Positions 41,200-53,948 of a stretch of DNA of 59,453 bases are shown piece after piece. The position numbers and the translations under genes were made by a program. Positions within the stretch are counted from its first letter, which is position 1, and every line of letters begins with the position of its first letter. The DNA is from Octopus bimaculoides (lineage: Eukaryota). The notes under the pieces were generated by a model that worked only from the letters and a program-made list of their open reading frames with translations, did not search any database and was not told the origin of the DNA. The stretch lies in contig NC_068992.1 in assembly GCF_001194135.2 (NCBI RefSeq), positions 3,186,602-3,246,054 of the forward strand. Direction: 5' to 3'.

Positions 41200-42037
41200 T
41201 GAATCCTCTCATTTAGACAGCTTTGTATCTCTATAATTAAATCAGTCTTGTATGTAAAAGGCATGAAAGGAGGCGTCCCAAGGTAAGGGCAGCAACCTAA
41301 GGCCAATCAAAGCATCCCACAGATGCAAGATTCTTCTTGTAACGATTTCATGTGCCTTATTCCGGTTCTCCGGCTTAAAGGAACATGCAAAGGATAAATT
41401 AATTTACTCGATCCTTTGAAGTCTCCTCTCTGAATCAAATGCCAGTGATTTTTACTTGGAAATACCTCACTTTCCACCATCATATATCTTTTTAAAGGAC
41501 ATTTAGAGATGTTAATGAAGGCTTCCTTAAAGTCGAAAGTGTCTTTTCAATCTTCTCCACCATACATATTGCTTCATAATCACTTGTCAAAAGAAATCGT
41601 GTCGCTAAAACAAGGTAGCGCAGTCATTTTCCTCATGTACGAGATTTGGAACATCTTAAATCTGGTTAACTTCTGTTCAGCATAACATTATATGTCAAAA
41701 GTACTCGAACACGTGCGCACATTACAGTTTCTTCGTTCTGCAAATATCTCGCACACTTGCGATTTACGACGCTATCTGCATTATCAGGATGGGTATTATG
41801 GAAGTTGAACCTTGTGCACGGGTTAAACTTTTTTCTGAAATACGCTGTTCATTTGAACTTTGTCACTGCATAAAGTTTTCCCGACAATGTCGTCGCTCGC
41901 TCTTTCGTAATCATAATCCTGATAAAATGCAAAGCATGAAGTACCACCAGAGAGGAAGAGATTCGCTGGCAGGAAATATACACTTCTAGATGCCGGGAGA
42001 CGTATCTAGATCTTCGTTGCAAGTTAGGACAACTCAC
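41200..42037 (-). pseudogene. Long decayed reading frame of unknown identity
   Basis: About 215 codons stay in one frame with scattered stops (…TAYFRKKFNPCTRFNFHNTHPDNADSVVNRKCARYLQNEETVMCARVRVLLTYNVMLNRS*…LRYLVLATRFLLTSDYEAICMVEKIEK…). A frameshift then gives FKPENRNKAHEIVTRRILHLWDALIGLRLLPLPWDASFHAFYIQD. Confidence 0.5.
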
Positions 42038-42150
42038 AAACTGTAACTAGGTCTTTTTTCTCCGTTTTTTTATTAACTATATATATATATATATATATAT
42101 AGTTAATAAAAAAACGGAGAAAAAAGACCTAGTTACAGTTTGTGAGTTGT

Positions 42151-42154
<4 letters not shown>
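42025..42154. repeat. Perfect 130-bp palindrome centred on (TA)12
   Basis: The 53-bp arms 42025-42077 and 42102-42154 are exact reverse complements. Confidence 0.97.
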
Positions 42155-42196
<42 letters not shown>

Positions 42197-43055
42197 ATCA
42201 TTAAACATTTCAAAATTTCAAACTGTTGTTCTACTTATTATTTTCTTTCTAAATTATTCAACACGAGTTCTCATTCGTCACAAACTTTAATTACTGGGTG
42301 GAGTCGTTCTTCTTTTAATTTTTGGCATTCGAAAGTTCATTTTGCTGTCTTCTTTAGTTCATAATGCTCAACTAATGTGTTTATGTTCAAAGATTCTTAT
42401 GTTCAAATTAATCTCCTTTTCCTCATTTATAAATCTAATCAATATATATATAATACACTCCGTGTCATCGATATACATTTAATAGGCTCTATGTATTTGT
42501 ATATACACACTTATTCCAATATTAATTATTCTACATGATATATTTCCATTACATTCAAATATTACCTTTTATATTCAGCTTACTGAGAGGTATCAAGTAT
42601 TGAACTTCAGCCTATTTACTTATTATTACACTGCACGTATATATTTCATGATATAAACAGAACAAAAACTAGAAATAATTTGAAATTGCAGATAGAGAAT
42701 TCAAAGGACCAAGGTTTGTTGTTGGTGCCGCCGCATGTATATACAAGAAATATTTCTCTTCGAGATCTTTTGCAGTGAACACGAAGAATGTTTATTATTT
42801 ACAGATGTAACTTTTGCACGGAATGTATGAAACAGGTTATAAATGTAAACGCGTAGGTCTTGCATAAACTAAACCTGTTATCCACTGAAAGCCTTTAGAA
42901 AATGTAACCTGCTTGTAGGATCATGTACCTATACGCAAATATGTATGCATCTTGGTAGTTCTGTACAACGTCTGAGAATTTAAGTAGAGCATTTATTATG
43001 GAAAATAACATCAAGCAGAGAATAATTTGTAAATCATTGGACTATTAATTTCAAA

Positions 43056-43254
43056 TTTTGGCACAAGACATCGATTTTAAGTGAGTGGGGTAAATCGATT
43101 ACATCGACCCCAGTGTTTCATTGGTACTTAATTTATCGACCGCAAAAGGATGAAAGGCAAAGTCGACCTCGGCGGAATTTGAATTCAAAACAAAGACAAA
43201 ATGCTACTAACCATTTTTCCCGGAATGCTAACCATTCTGCCAGCTCACTGCCTT
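43056..43254 (-). mobile_element. SINE family 1
   Basis: ggatgaaaggcaaagtcgacctcggcggaatttgaattc...gctaaccattctgccagctcactgcc. Confidence 0.9.
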
Positions 43255-43501
43255 CTTAATGAGTGTACATATTAAAAAGTAATCAAATCTGGACAATATT
43301 TGGGGATTGATAAATATAATTTCCTTACTTTCTTCTGTTACTTTGGCGTTTTTATCGACATCCACATACTCTGATCAGCAACTTTCATCGCGTACATTTT
43401 TAAACGGTGCCTCTAGTTTGGAAAAGCGAATATTCATAGATACAGTCAAAAATGTTGTAATTATAACAAAAACATCCGCCGTCACTACTGACGGTTCAGA
43501 T

Positions 43502-43598
<97 letters not shown>

Positions 43599-43600
43599 TA
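43502..43600. repeat. Compound (AGC)n(AGT)n trinucleotide repeat
   Basis: Directly visible; source of the poly-Ser ORF 43307-43624. Confidence 0.97.
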
Positions 43601-43959
43601 ACTATTACATACTGTATTAGTTAGCAGAGATGTTGTCTCGAAGCATGATGACAACAAATCTCAAGTCTCAAGAATCTCTCTGAGGATCCTTGCAGAGCAT
43701 AGGATGTGTGTCTCCATTCGAATATCCTTCCGCCTTTTTGGTTGCAGTTCGAGTGTTATGCTAAGCCAATGGGCAATCGCATTTTGCCGGATTTGGTTTT
43801 CACTCTGAACCGTGTTCTTTCTTTCAATAAATAATGTATGTGGTCTGGTCTGCTATGCTCTGGCACCTGATCTGTTTGTCTTTGTCTACATTAGAAAAGA
43901 AGCAAGTGGCCCACGTATTGATTGCTTTGATAATATTCCTTCCATTCATTCTGGAAGGA

Positions 43960-44330
43960 GCTCAGCTGGTACTTACTTTATTGATTTCGAAAGGATGAAA
44001 GATAAAGTCGACCTCGGCGGAATTAGAACTCAGAACATAAAGACGAAAAATTGCTGCTAAGCAATTTCTCCGACGTGCTAACGATTCTGCCAGCTCGCTG
44101 CCTTATTTCAGTTTGTAATAAGGCATAAGGCGACGAACTGGCAGAATTGTTAGCACTGCGGAGAAACTGCTTCGCGGCATTTTGTCCGTCCTAATGTTCT
44201 GAGTTCAAATTCCGTAGAGGCCATACTTTTCATTCTTTTGATAAAATAAAGTACCAGTTGAATGTTAGGGTAGATGCAATCGACTTATCACCTCCCCCGA
44301 AATTTCTAGCCTTGTGCCACACTTTGAAAC
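43960..44330. mobile_element. Head-to-head inverted pair of family-1 SINEs (minus 43960-44104, plus 44127-44330)
   Basis: ...gctaacgattctgccagctcgctgcctt [22 nt] aaggcgacgaactggcagaattgttagc... Confidence 0.9.
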
Positions 44331-44568
44331 CAATATTAATCTCACTCTTTTGTTGTACTTTTATCGTAGCTGATTCTGGTTGGAATATGTTGTGCATGGC
44401 AAGTTTTGAAATTTTCGGATTTTGCGAAGGCTCTGTAGTCAGAAGCGAATGCGTATTTGCATTTGATGTCTGTCTCTTGTTTAGTCACTCTGTTTTTGCA
44501 GACATTATTATTCATTCGTATTAAATTTTTGTCTCACATCAGCTTCTTCCTCATATCGAATTCAAAGA

Positions 44569-44646
<78 letters not shown>

Positions 44647-45721
44647 CGTCGTCGTCGCCGTCATCATCATCATCATTATCGCTATTATTATTCATCTTCT
44701 CCTTTTTAGCAATATGCAAGTATGAATTTTAATATTCATGTTAGTCTATGTATAGCAGCAACAACAACAACAACATCGGCATCAATCAGAATTATAGCAG
44801 TCGGTATAAATAACCTACAGCATCGCTCTTACTATTTCTTGTTGTTAGTGTCATTCAAGGAAATCTATTCACACAAGTTGAAAGTAAGCTATGACCTTTA
44901 TTTTCGTATTCTTCTCTCTAGTGTCAAAGCGAAGACGTATGCTGAATACTTGATTCATTGCCACCTTTAAATGGTATCACACCATATCAGATCATTTCAT
45001 TTGGTCGGCTGAGTTGAAGTCATATATAACAGTAGTTTAAAGGTAGACTGAATTGAGCTTCTACAACGTTAAAAACTTGATTTTTAATAATTCGTTAGAA
45101 TGTTGTGAAATAGGTGTGGACGCGTGTGCGCGTGTGTCTGGGTAGTGAGAATGAGTCATTTTGTTTCTGATATTATTCGGCTACTTATAAAAGAATTCTT
45201 TTTTTTACTAGTGTTGTATTGTAATTATTTTTTTTCCAATTTTTCTGCAATTTTTCTCTCACTTTTCTCTCTCTGTACGAGCACCTTTCCTTTCTCATTT
45301 TTGCTTCTCTTGTTCATTGTTTTCATTTTCACTTTTTTCTCCCTTCCATTCTTATACCCCAACACACCCCCTCGTCTATCGCATTCCCGTTGCCCCTCCT
45401 CGTATCCCACTCACTTTTCCTCTCCAGAACAAAACAAAATGTGCAACTGTCGTATTATCATTAGTCTTTCTCCAATTTTGCTTTTATTCTTTCCTCACTT
45501 CTCTTCTTCTCCCTCTCTATTCCCACCTTTTCTTTCACTTTCACTTTCCATATTCATGACTGCCTACCTTCCACGTGACAGTGTCTCGCTTCCATAAATT
45601 TGCACACACTTCTATCACATCCTCCACACTCTTCTTGCCTTCCCTTTTACCCCATAATTGCACCCGCTTCCATCACCTCACTTCCATGCTCTCTTCACAC
45701 GCTTACAAAACGATTTCTTAT

Positions 45722-45793
45722 ATACACCAGTACTTCATACACCAGTACTTCATACACCAGTACTTCATACACCAGTACTTCATACACCACTAC
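45722..45793. repeat. 15-bp minisatellite (TACACCAGTACTTCA) x about 4.5
   Basis: Directly visible perfect units. Confidence 0.95.
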
Positions 45794-45877
45794 CCATGCC
45801 ACTATACTTCAGCACTTGCGCACATCTGCATACATACAGCACCATCTCCCTCACTTTATACCTCAAAATTAAGACAG

Positions 45878-45921
<44 letters not shown>

Positions 45922-46364
45922 TCACATTTCTTCCCTTCCCTTCTTAACTTCCTTCATAGAACCGCATTATCACCTGGCTCTTTTTTCTTACTCCTATTTA
46001 TACCTTCTGATAAAGTACTAACATCCAAAGCCTTAAAACACTTTCTCTTCCTTCTTTTAAGCGTTAAACTAATACAGTATTTGTTAAGAGTTGTCCCTCT
46101 TGTTTTGTGTTTTGATTTTCTTCATTACATTTGCAAAACATACACACATACATATATATATGTGTGTGTGGAGAGAGAGAGAAAGGGGGGGAGAGGAAGA
46201 GATGGAAAGACAGAGAGAAAGTGAGAGAAAGACGATGGAGGTCTCATTAGTGTGCGTCCCAAACTAATTTTTCTCAGAAAGAATGCAATATTTATGTAAA
46301 GATTTATCGCGATTTGAATAATAATTTATTGAATTATTATTTTATCCCATTTTCCACATTTTTA

Positions 46365-46770
46365 AATCACCGTCATATTATAAAACGTGTTACGAAGTTT
46401 ATATATATTCTCTCCAGAGTAGGCTGCAATTAGAAATACCGGCGTCAAATTTTGACACAGCACCATCAAGTGCCTACCTTCCTTGGCAAGATTTGCATGG
46501 TTGTGATTAACAAAATTGCTTTCGATATTCGCAGAGCTTCTTCTGGTTGGCTTAAGGCTATAAATAAGGATTAAAATACACCAATTTGAAAGGAATATAT
46601 TGCAAAAATATATCACATATCGATTCCTATGGATTCCTTTCATGCTTATGGATTCAAATTTTGCACTGTAATCACAGCCAAGTTTCTGTTTAATAACAGT
46701 AACTTTTTCATAAGGTTAGCCCTCTCCAATATTTAACAATTTAATTTGGAAGGTAGTTAAACCCCACTAC
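46365..46770 (-). mobile_element. Second short hAT transposase fragment, a diverged duplicate of 49280-49430 joined to another hAT-like piece
   Basis: catgcttatggattcaaattttgc...cacagccaagtttctgttt is shared with 49295-49350 (KQKLGCD..AKFESISMK), followed by ILPRKVGT*W, which resembles the TRW motif. Confidence 0.65.
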
Positions 46771-47172
46771 CCAGTGCTCCCACAGGTGAAATTCAGTGTA
46801 ACAAAATGTTAACTCAACCAAAATTATGTACGTGTATGTGTGTATAAGCGCGTGCGCGTGTGGTGTGTGTTTTGAAACTGAATCTCGAAACACATAAATG
46901 CTTTAAATAATAGCATGCTAATATTTGGTTGAAAAACTCTTTTGGGTAGAAAAAGTCAAAGATTGCTCTTGGGACTTGAACCGACATCTTTTGTAGACAT
47001 GACACGAGCAGACTTCAACTTTTCCATCCAAAAGTGTTTTTCAACCTAATATTCACATTCTACTATTTATAGCACAAAAGTGCTTCGAGAAGCAATTCCA
47101 AAAAATTATTATTTCGTGTTCTCTCGAAAATTTAAAAATTCCTTATGACATTAATAATATATATAAACTAAA

Positions 47173-47355
47173 CCGACACTCCGTCGGTTACCACGACGAG
47201 TGTTCCAGTTGATCCGATCAATAGAATAGCCTGCTCGTGAAATTAACGTGCAAGTGGATGAGCACTCCAAAGAAACGCCTACCTTTTACGTAATTCTCAG
47301 GGGTATTCAGTGTGACACAGAATGTGCATAGGTTGGTCTTTTGAATGACAGGTAT
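47173..47355 (+). mobile_element. SINE-like repeat family 3 (further pieces at 54893-55062 and 55862-55928)
   Basis: cactccgtcggttaccacgacgagtgttccagttgatccgatcaa...gcctgctcgtgaaattaacgtgcaagtgg recurs, diverged, at the two other loci. Confidence 0.75.
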
Positions 47356-47585
47356 TAGAAAATTTATATATATGTATATATGTATATATGTATATATGTA
47401 TTATGTATTATATATATATATCTGGGAAACACAAGCCTATAGTGGGATTTCATTCTTTTTTAAGGGACCAGTTTTCTCTTCAACGCAATTAGGAATTTGT
47501 TCCTCCTTTTTTTTACATTCCTAAAGATAAAAACCAACAAAGAACAAATAAACATCTAACAACGGCTGCCATAAATAAGATATTT

Positions 47586-49400
47586 TTATTGATAATCATC
47601 CTTGAAATATTTCCATATTAAAACATGATTTTCATCTTATTTTCCATTGGTTGCACGATTTACTCGCATGCCGTCATGCATCACATTCTAACAGAAACCG
47701 TAGAATCCCACAAATTCAATGAGGGATCAATCAAATTAACCATTATTAGATTATTAGATTTGTTACATTTTACTTCAAGGTAATTCATTTTATTTGAATA
47801 TATAGCGTTCGTCGTTAAAAATTGTCTTTTTCTGCCTCTGCGATTGAATTAATGACATCTTGATCTGCTTTTTACACTTTTATTGAGATCTTATGGAAAT
47901 TTAGGGTTACACATCCAACATGATACGAATGTCATTGACAAAGATCTGAAGATCAAATTATAGATTTTATCTAATTATTCTTCAACTATATTCCGATGGA
48001 CAACAACTTCAATGTTCAAAGAATTTGTGTTAGCAATATTTACCAATCCATGAATCCTGTTAGTTTCTTGGGCATTATTTCTTGCTTTTATGGTATCACC
48101 ATCCATCAATCGCACATTTATATTTCTTATCACCGCAGCTAAGGAGGCTCTTATCACCTTTGGCTAGGAAGGCTCATCTATTTCTTATTCTTTAACAAAC
48201 TCAATACGTAGAAATATTGTACTTTCGAAGAAATGGTTTCATTTATTTTCCTTTCATAAGTGGCATTTCGAAAGCTTTGATTGATCTTTGTATTACTTTT
48301 TCAGATTCTAGTGGATTTAAAATTGTTGCTTGAAGATCACTTGACGGGAAAGAAACTTCTTTCAGCACATCTGTTATTACGATTAAATCTTTCGGAACAG
48401 ATTTTAAGAAAATTCAGTTACATTCCTGCTTCCTTTACCTTAGAACAAATATATTCGAACAACACTGAATAAGTACGCCATATTTCAATCGTTAGCCTAA
48501 GGCTACAAGCAGCCTATCTGGTTCTCAAAACTCTATAAATCTCTAGGATTACTAATCTAAACTGTCCTAAAATTTATACAAGTTCTATCTAGCTTTCCTT
48601 TTTGCTCTTGGTTGGCGAAAGACCTTGTAAATTTCATCAATAGATATTTTTAAGTGATTTACTTGTCTTATATCTTTGACATAATCACTTAAAACAACTT
48701 ACAGACGACCACTCAAATAGTTTAGCACTCACTCCTGAATTGTTAGATAAAAATCACCGTTACTTTGCCAGAATAATATACAATCGGATTAATTTTTTTA
48801 GATATTCAGCATCAAATCCTTACAAAATGCCGACATAGTAATACATAAATGTATATTGTTTACACGTCTTGTCGTTTCAAATCAAGTCGAGAAAAATTGT
48901 TGGTACAAGTTACAACTTTCGCAAACAAAGTGTAATCAACTATTTTAAAAGTTGTTTTTGTGAGAATGAAGTCCAACTCGCATGTAAAATATATTTTTAT
49001 TTGTAGTTTAATCTCATCACCAATATCCGAAAATGGTCTGTTTCGTTTTTCTATACACTAGACAGCATTAAATATATTGTATATGGAGTTTATTTTTCCT
49101 TTATTTTCACAATAGTTTTGTAATTGTATTTCCTCCATATTTCTTTAGTTCCATTATACAATTGTGATTTTGATGAAAAATGGTAATTCCTTTTTTTCTG
49201 AGAGGATGCCTGAAGTACAGCTGAATTTATCTCCAATGCTTCAACAATACAACTCTGCCATTTCTTTGAAACATTAATTCCTACGGATTCTTTTCATGCT
49301 TATGGATTCAAATTTTGCGCAGTGATCACAGCCAAGTTTCTGTTTGCTAACGAGTAACCTCTTCATAACGTTTAGCCCTCGCTAATATTTTACAAATTTA
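47586..49400 (-). pseudogene. hAT-superfamily transposase pseudogene, KIAA1586-like
   Basis: Collinear minus-strand motifs matching the KIAA1586-type transposase: LLVSKQKLGCDHC; NVSKKW; LQASSQKK..HFSSKS; IFNAV*CIEKRNRPFSDI; SGVSAKL; IRQVNHLKISIDEIY; RVLRTR*AACSLR; KDLIVITDVLKEVSFPSSDLQ; INVRLM; NSIAEAEK; VNLIDPSLNLWDST; ENHVLIW. More than 10 lesions. Confidence 0.85.
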
Positions 49401-49944
49401 TAAATTTGAAAAGTAGCTAAACCCTACTACCGTGAGAAACACAACCAATCTGGACGACCAATTCTGAAAACTCTGAGCCAACCAGAACCTTCTCTATCAT
49501 TTCCAGATATACTCCATGTATCAATTGAGTCCATTTTAGATAAACCAACTCATTAATGAAAGAACTTGTCTTCTCGAATATGGACATATTCTTCTATTGA
49601 CGCACATCCAAACATCTGAGTCGTACAAGTAAAACACTTACACTACCTCTGTCTGCATAACTGATTTGTGTACTAGCCCAAAAAAAGGAGATTCTATGGA
49701 CCACGTGGAAGACTTGCTAGTGTATACTTAGTGAAAAGTTCAAATACTTCAACAGGTATAGTTTGAGGTTTCAAGTTTAAAAAATTAACATTTTGTTCAA
49801 GATGTGTTTCAAAAGTTTACACATTCAAAGAGACAAGTTTCGAATTGTCTTAAAGAGACAGAATTATTTTCATAATATTTTAAACTGAGGTCACTATTTA
49901 TGAATTTTTCGCTAAATATTATTTTTTTTACTAGACCTAATTTT

Positions 49945-50990
49945 TAGGGTCAGAAGAATATCATCCAAGGAAAGAAACGCGCTTGATGTATTTCGACGTT
50001 ACAGATGATTCTTCTCTGGATACTCTTGTTTCTACATTATGCACCTAACTACCCGTACGAAAGTGATGCAATATTAAAGCTGTTAATCTCATTGATGAGG
50101 ATCCAGAAAGTGTTAATTACCGCATTTCGCTATTTGCTGTCTTTCATCGAATAAACTATGCATCAAAGGATAAAACCCATCAAAGCGGAAGTGATTTACT
50201 AATCACAGAAATTATTGGCGAATTATACATCAAAAGCACGTATGATAATCCAGTTTATGAAGAAGAATATTGCATCACAAGTTCCGTTCTCTAAAACGGA
50301 GGAGCAATCGATTGTGAAATCGAAAATATTAATTCCACAAGACCGGTAAATTCGTAGAGAAATATTGGACATGACCATGTAATCCTTTTCGTTATATTAA
50401 GGAGAACGTCGTTGATGAACTGAAGAAGCAACTTCAGCTAGGGTTAACAGTTAATCCCGTTAGTTGCTTAGTAGTGACCACCGAAAAGGTAAAACTGCTA
50501 AATAGATATCAATACAAAGAAGATATCAAGCAAAAGTGGTGATTGACACATCAACAAATAAACCGGTAAGGTTTGTGTTTGATCGAAGGATAGAAAAACA
50601 CAAGGTCAGTGTGAGCAGCCGTCAAGTGAAACGATACATCAACGATTGTAGAGTAAAAGAAAAAATATGGAACAGCAAATGTGTACTCAAAAATGAAAGT
50701 AATAACATCGTGAGAGCAGGTGAAAAACTAATGACCAGGTACTCTGAGTTAACAGAAGCTTCATATGGCCCGTGGTTAGCTCAAAATACTTGAAAAAGAA
50801 ATTCGACAGAGACACTTATGCCAGCAGAAAGTTATTCATAATTACATACTCCATAGGTCAAAGGATACCAACAACATTGATAAGAAAAACAGTTCATTGT
50901 GGACCAGTGAGATATACATAATAGCCCACCTGAAGAGATATCTTGAAGAACAGGGCATTAAAAACCAGAAAAGACACTGCTAATTACTTA
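49945..50990 (+). pseudogene. Long decayed reading frame of unknown identity
   Basis: EEYHPRKETRLMYFDVTDDSSLDTLVSTLCT*...CNIKAVNLIDEDPESVNYRISLFAVFHRINYASKDKTHQSGSDLLITEIIGELYIKSTYDNPVYEEEYCITSSVL*...; then by frameshift KENVVDELKKQLQLGLTVNPVSCLVVTTEKVKLLNRYQY; then the track ORF 50536-50793 VIDTSTNKPVRFVFDRRIEKH. About 340 codons in total. Confidence 0.55.
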
Positions 50991-52238
50991 ATAACATGCC
51001 ATAGTTGTAACTATGGAAATATGCAAAAACATTAAAGATATATTTTGATACATATACACACATTGGTCATATGCGCATATACCCAGGCCAAACATGCAGC
51101 TCCACATATGCAATGATAAGCTTGCAATGATAGACGTGTTCACTTGCGTGTCATGCGTGTATATATACATATTTACGTGAGCACATACGAAAGTTCACAC
51201 TTATGTATGTGATGCATTTGCAATAGTCATAAATGCCTTTCTCCCAAAATTGTAAATTTACACATGTATTTATATTACTGTACGTTTAAGTAATTGTCTA
51301 TAAAGGCTGGAGGTTCCAGGCATCTAGATTTATCTAATATAATAAACATTTATTAGGGAATTAGGACAATTTAATTTTAAAAGGCCTTAGTGATTTCGAA
51401 TATGTGAAGCTTTCTTGTTCTTAATTTGTAAAATGCAATGACAGATCTGTTTCTCAGTTAGAAACCATCGTTTCGTCAACCAGAATTACAGAACAATGGT
51501 ACATACTTATAGACACTACAGAGACATATACATATACACATAAATACACACACTAAGTGGAAGACTGGTAATAACTATTTGTTCGCTGTAACAAAGCACA
51601 CAATACAATACTTTTACTAAGTTTATGAGCTTACAATCACTTTATTATACATTTCAATAAAGTCACCAATAAACTCTATATTATTCTTTCAGAAATCATT
51701 TAAAATATACCAAGGAAGATAATTGTTATTTTAAATTAATAATTATAAGTTATTTTTCATTTTCGACTTTGACGTTCAGATTAAATGTATGAAGCATGCA
51801 AAAATAACAAATTTAATATTCACCTATGAAATGAATAGTAATTGCATGATATTTTTAATTTACAATTAGGTAAATAAATATTTTTCTATGCAAAAAAGAA
51901 TGTATTTTTATTCTCAACATTAGTTTTGTGTTTGATTTTCTTGAGGTTGGATTTCGTGTGCAATTTACTTTCGTAATTAGGAATATCATTAGTGAACAGA
52001 AGTTATTATTTTAATACAAAAATATAGCCATACAATTAATATAAAGTATTATCACTTATAGATGAAAGCAGTAATAAAGGAATATAACATGTTGATTAAA
52101 AAGCAAATAAAAGAAATAAAATTTGATATAAAATATTCAAGATAAAATATTTATTCGATATCTGTCCAATAATAATGAAATATACTACTATGATATATAC
52201 TTACACGTTTATATCCATCAATGTGCATGTATAAAAAC

Positions 52239-52303
<65 letters not shown>

Positions 52304-52451
52304 CACAGACACAAACCTCTACACACACACACACATACACACACTTCCACACACACACACATGCACACACAGATACATATATATTTGAAAAATGAAAGAG
52401 ATGTAAGATGGGAGATACGAGGTGTAAACCACACAATATATTATATATATC

Positions 52452-52525
<74 letters not shown>

Positions 52526-52535
52526 NNNNNNNNNN

Positions 52536-52591
<56 letters not shown>

Positions 52592-52600
52592 CGCACATGC

Positions 52601-52633
<33 letters not shown>

Positions 52634-53948
52634 TACACACTCATACACTAATTATATACTAAAATGACAATAGATAAAATATATTTACTGAAGTTCTTAG
52701 CATTGTACGATATAGTACAAAAGTAGGTGTGAAAATTAGCATATTTCAGATAATAACAGAGGGAAATTATTCGTGCATATAAAGAACAATAGCTAAGTTA
52801 GTGACGTCATAAGAAATTAGTTAAATTAGTGTTGAAATATGTCATTCGCTAAATATTGAGAGAGAAAAAATAATATATGTGTGTTGCATAGACACGTGAA
52901 CCCTTAAAGTATATCTTTGGACGAATTAGTGTGGTTCTAGAGAAAGCTCGAATTATTGGTTCAGTTTAGAAAAGTAGAAGAATCAGCTGCCGTTTTAGGT
53001 CAGTTCCATATTTACCGTCCATTTTGTTAAACGATGCTTGTTTCTCTCAAGAGTTGTGTGACTTGTCTAACCCTTAAGCTAACCTATTTACACAATTAGA
53101 CGTGAGCGTAACGGAAAATATTTTTTCCTGTGATGACAGCTAACAAAGCATTCACATGGAATCAGGATTTGGGGGCGAGGCCGTCAGAGTTATTGCCCTT
53201 GATGATCTCGGCCCTTGGTGGTCAACAAAAGCATGTTTTTCCCAGTTTGAAGGACATTTCTGATACGACTCTCTACAAGACAATAGTTGATGACAAACCA
53301 ACCAGCTGTAGAAGAACTTTAATTGTGTTCACCACTAAAAGTATAATCTTGCCTTTAGGGAGACTTGAACTCAGAGACAGGAATGAATATAACAAGACGC
53401 TCAAACGAACCTGCCAATCCATCGCTTTAACAATAAATATTATGTGAGAAAAATCAAAAAATCAATCAGTTATCGTTACAGCAAGTGAATGCAAACAAAA
53501 TAAGTTAGACTTTATCTGTTGTACTTGCCGGATTATTTAACACAATATTAATCATCGACTAATATTTTCCCTCATCACATAATTATTTTTAATTAATTTA
53601 AAATTCTATTCATGCAACTACATTGCTTTGAGATGTCGTAAATTATAAAAATTATCTCAAACTTTTATTACGAAATTTCAAGTATTATATTAGAATGTTA
53701 TGCCAAAAAGTATATCTTCACGAACTGATAAATCAGAAAGTGAAATTATTTTAAATTAAGGACTAAATTATTGAGAAAAGGGTTGTGAAATATGGCGAAA
53801 CTAAACAAGCTTAATTGACTGGCAATGCGTTGAACTACTCGCGTTCCTTACTCCCCGCCACCATCAAAACAGTACGTGTGGGCGGATGATATTTTTACTT
53901 TGGTGTTTATTTACTTTGATCTTATTCGCTCCTACTATTTTCTGATTC

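Noticed and set aside
42692-42942. Short AG...GT segments that splice into a Cys-rich peptide (REFKGPRCNFCTEC)
   Set aside because: The phases cannot be made consistent across the three segments without invoking a frameshift, and the donors are weak. RNA-seq would be needed.
53130-53447. 105-aa non-repetitive ORF MMTANKAFTW...
   Set aside because: No recognisable domain. The opposite strand shows an eroded Tc1-like WPPRSPDL trace and a degenerate SINE B box, so it is more likely a chance frame over TE debris.
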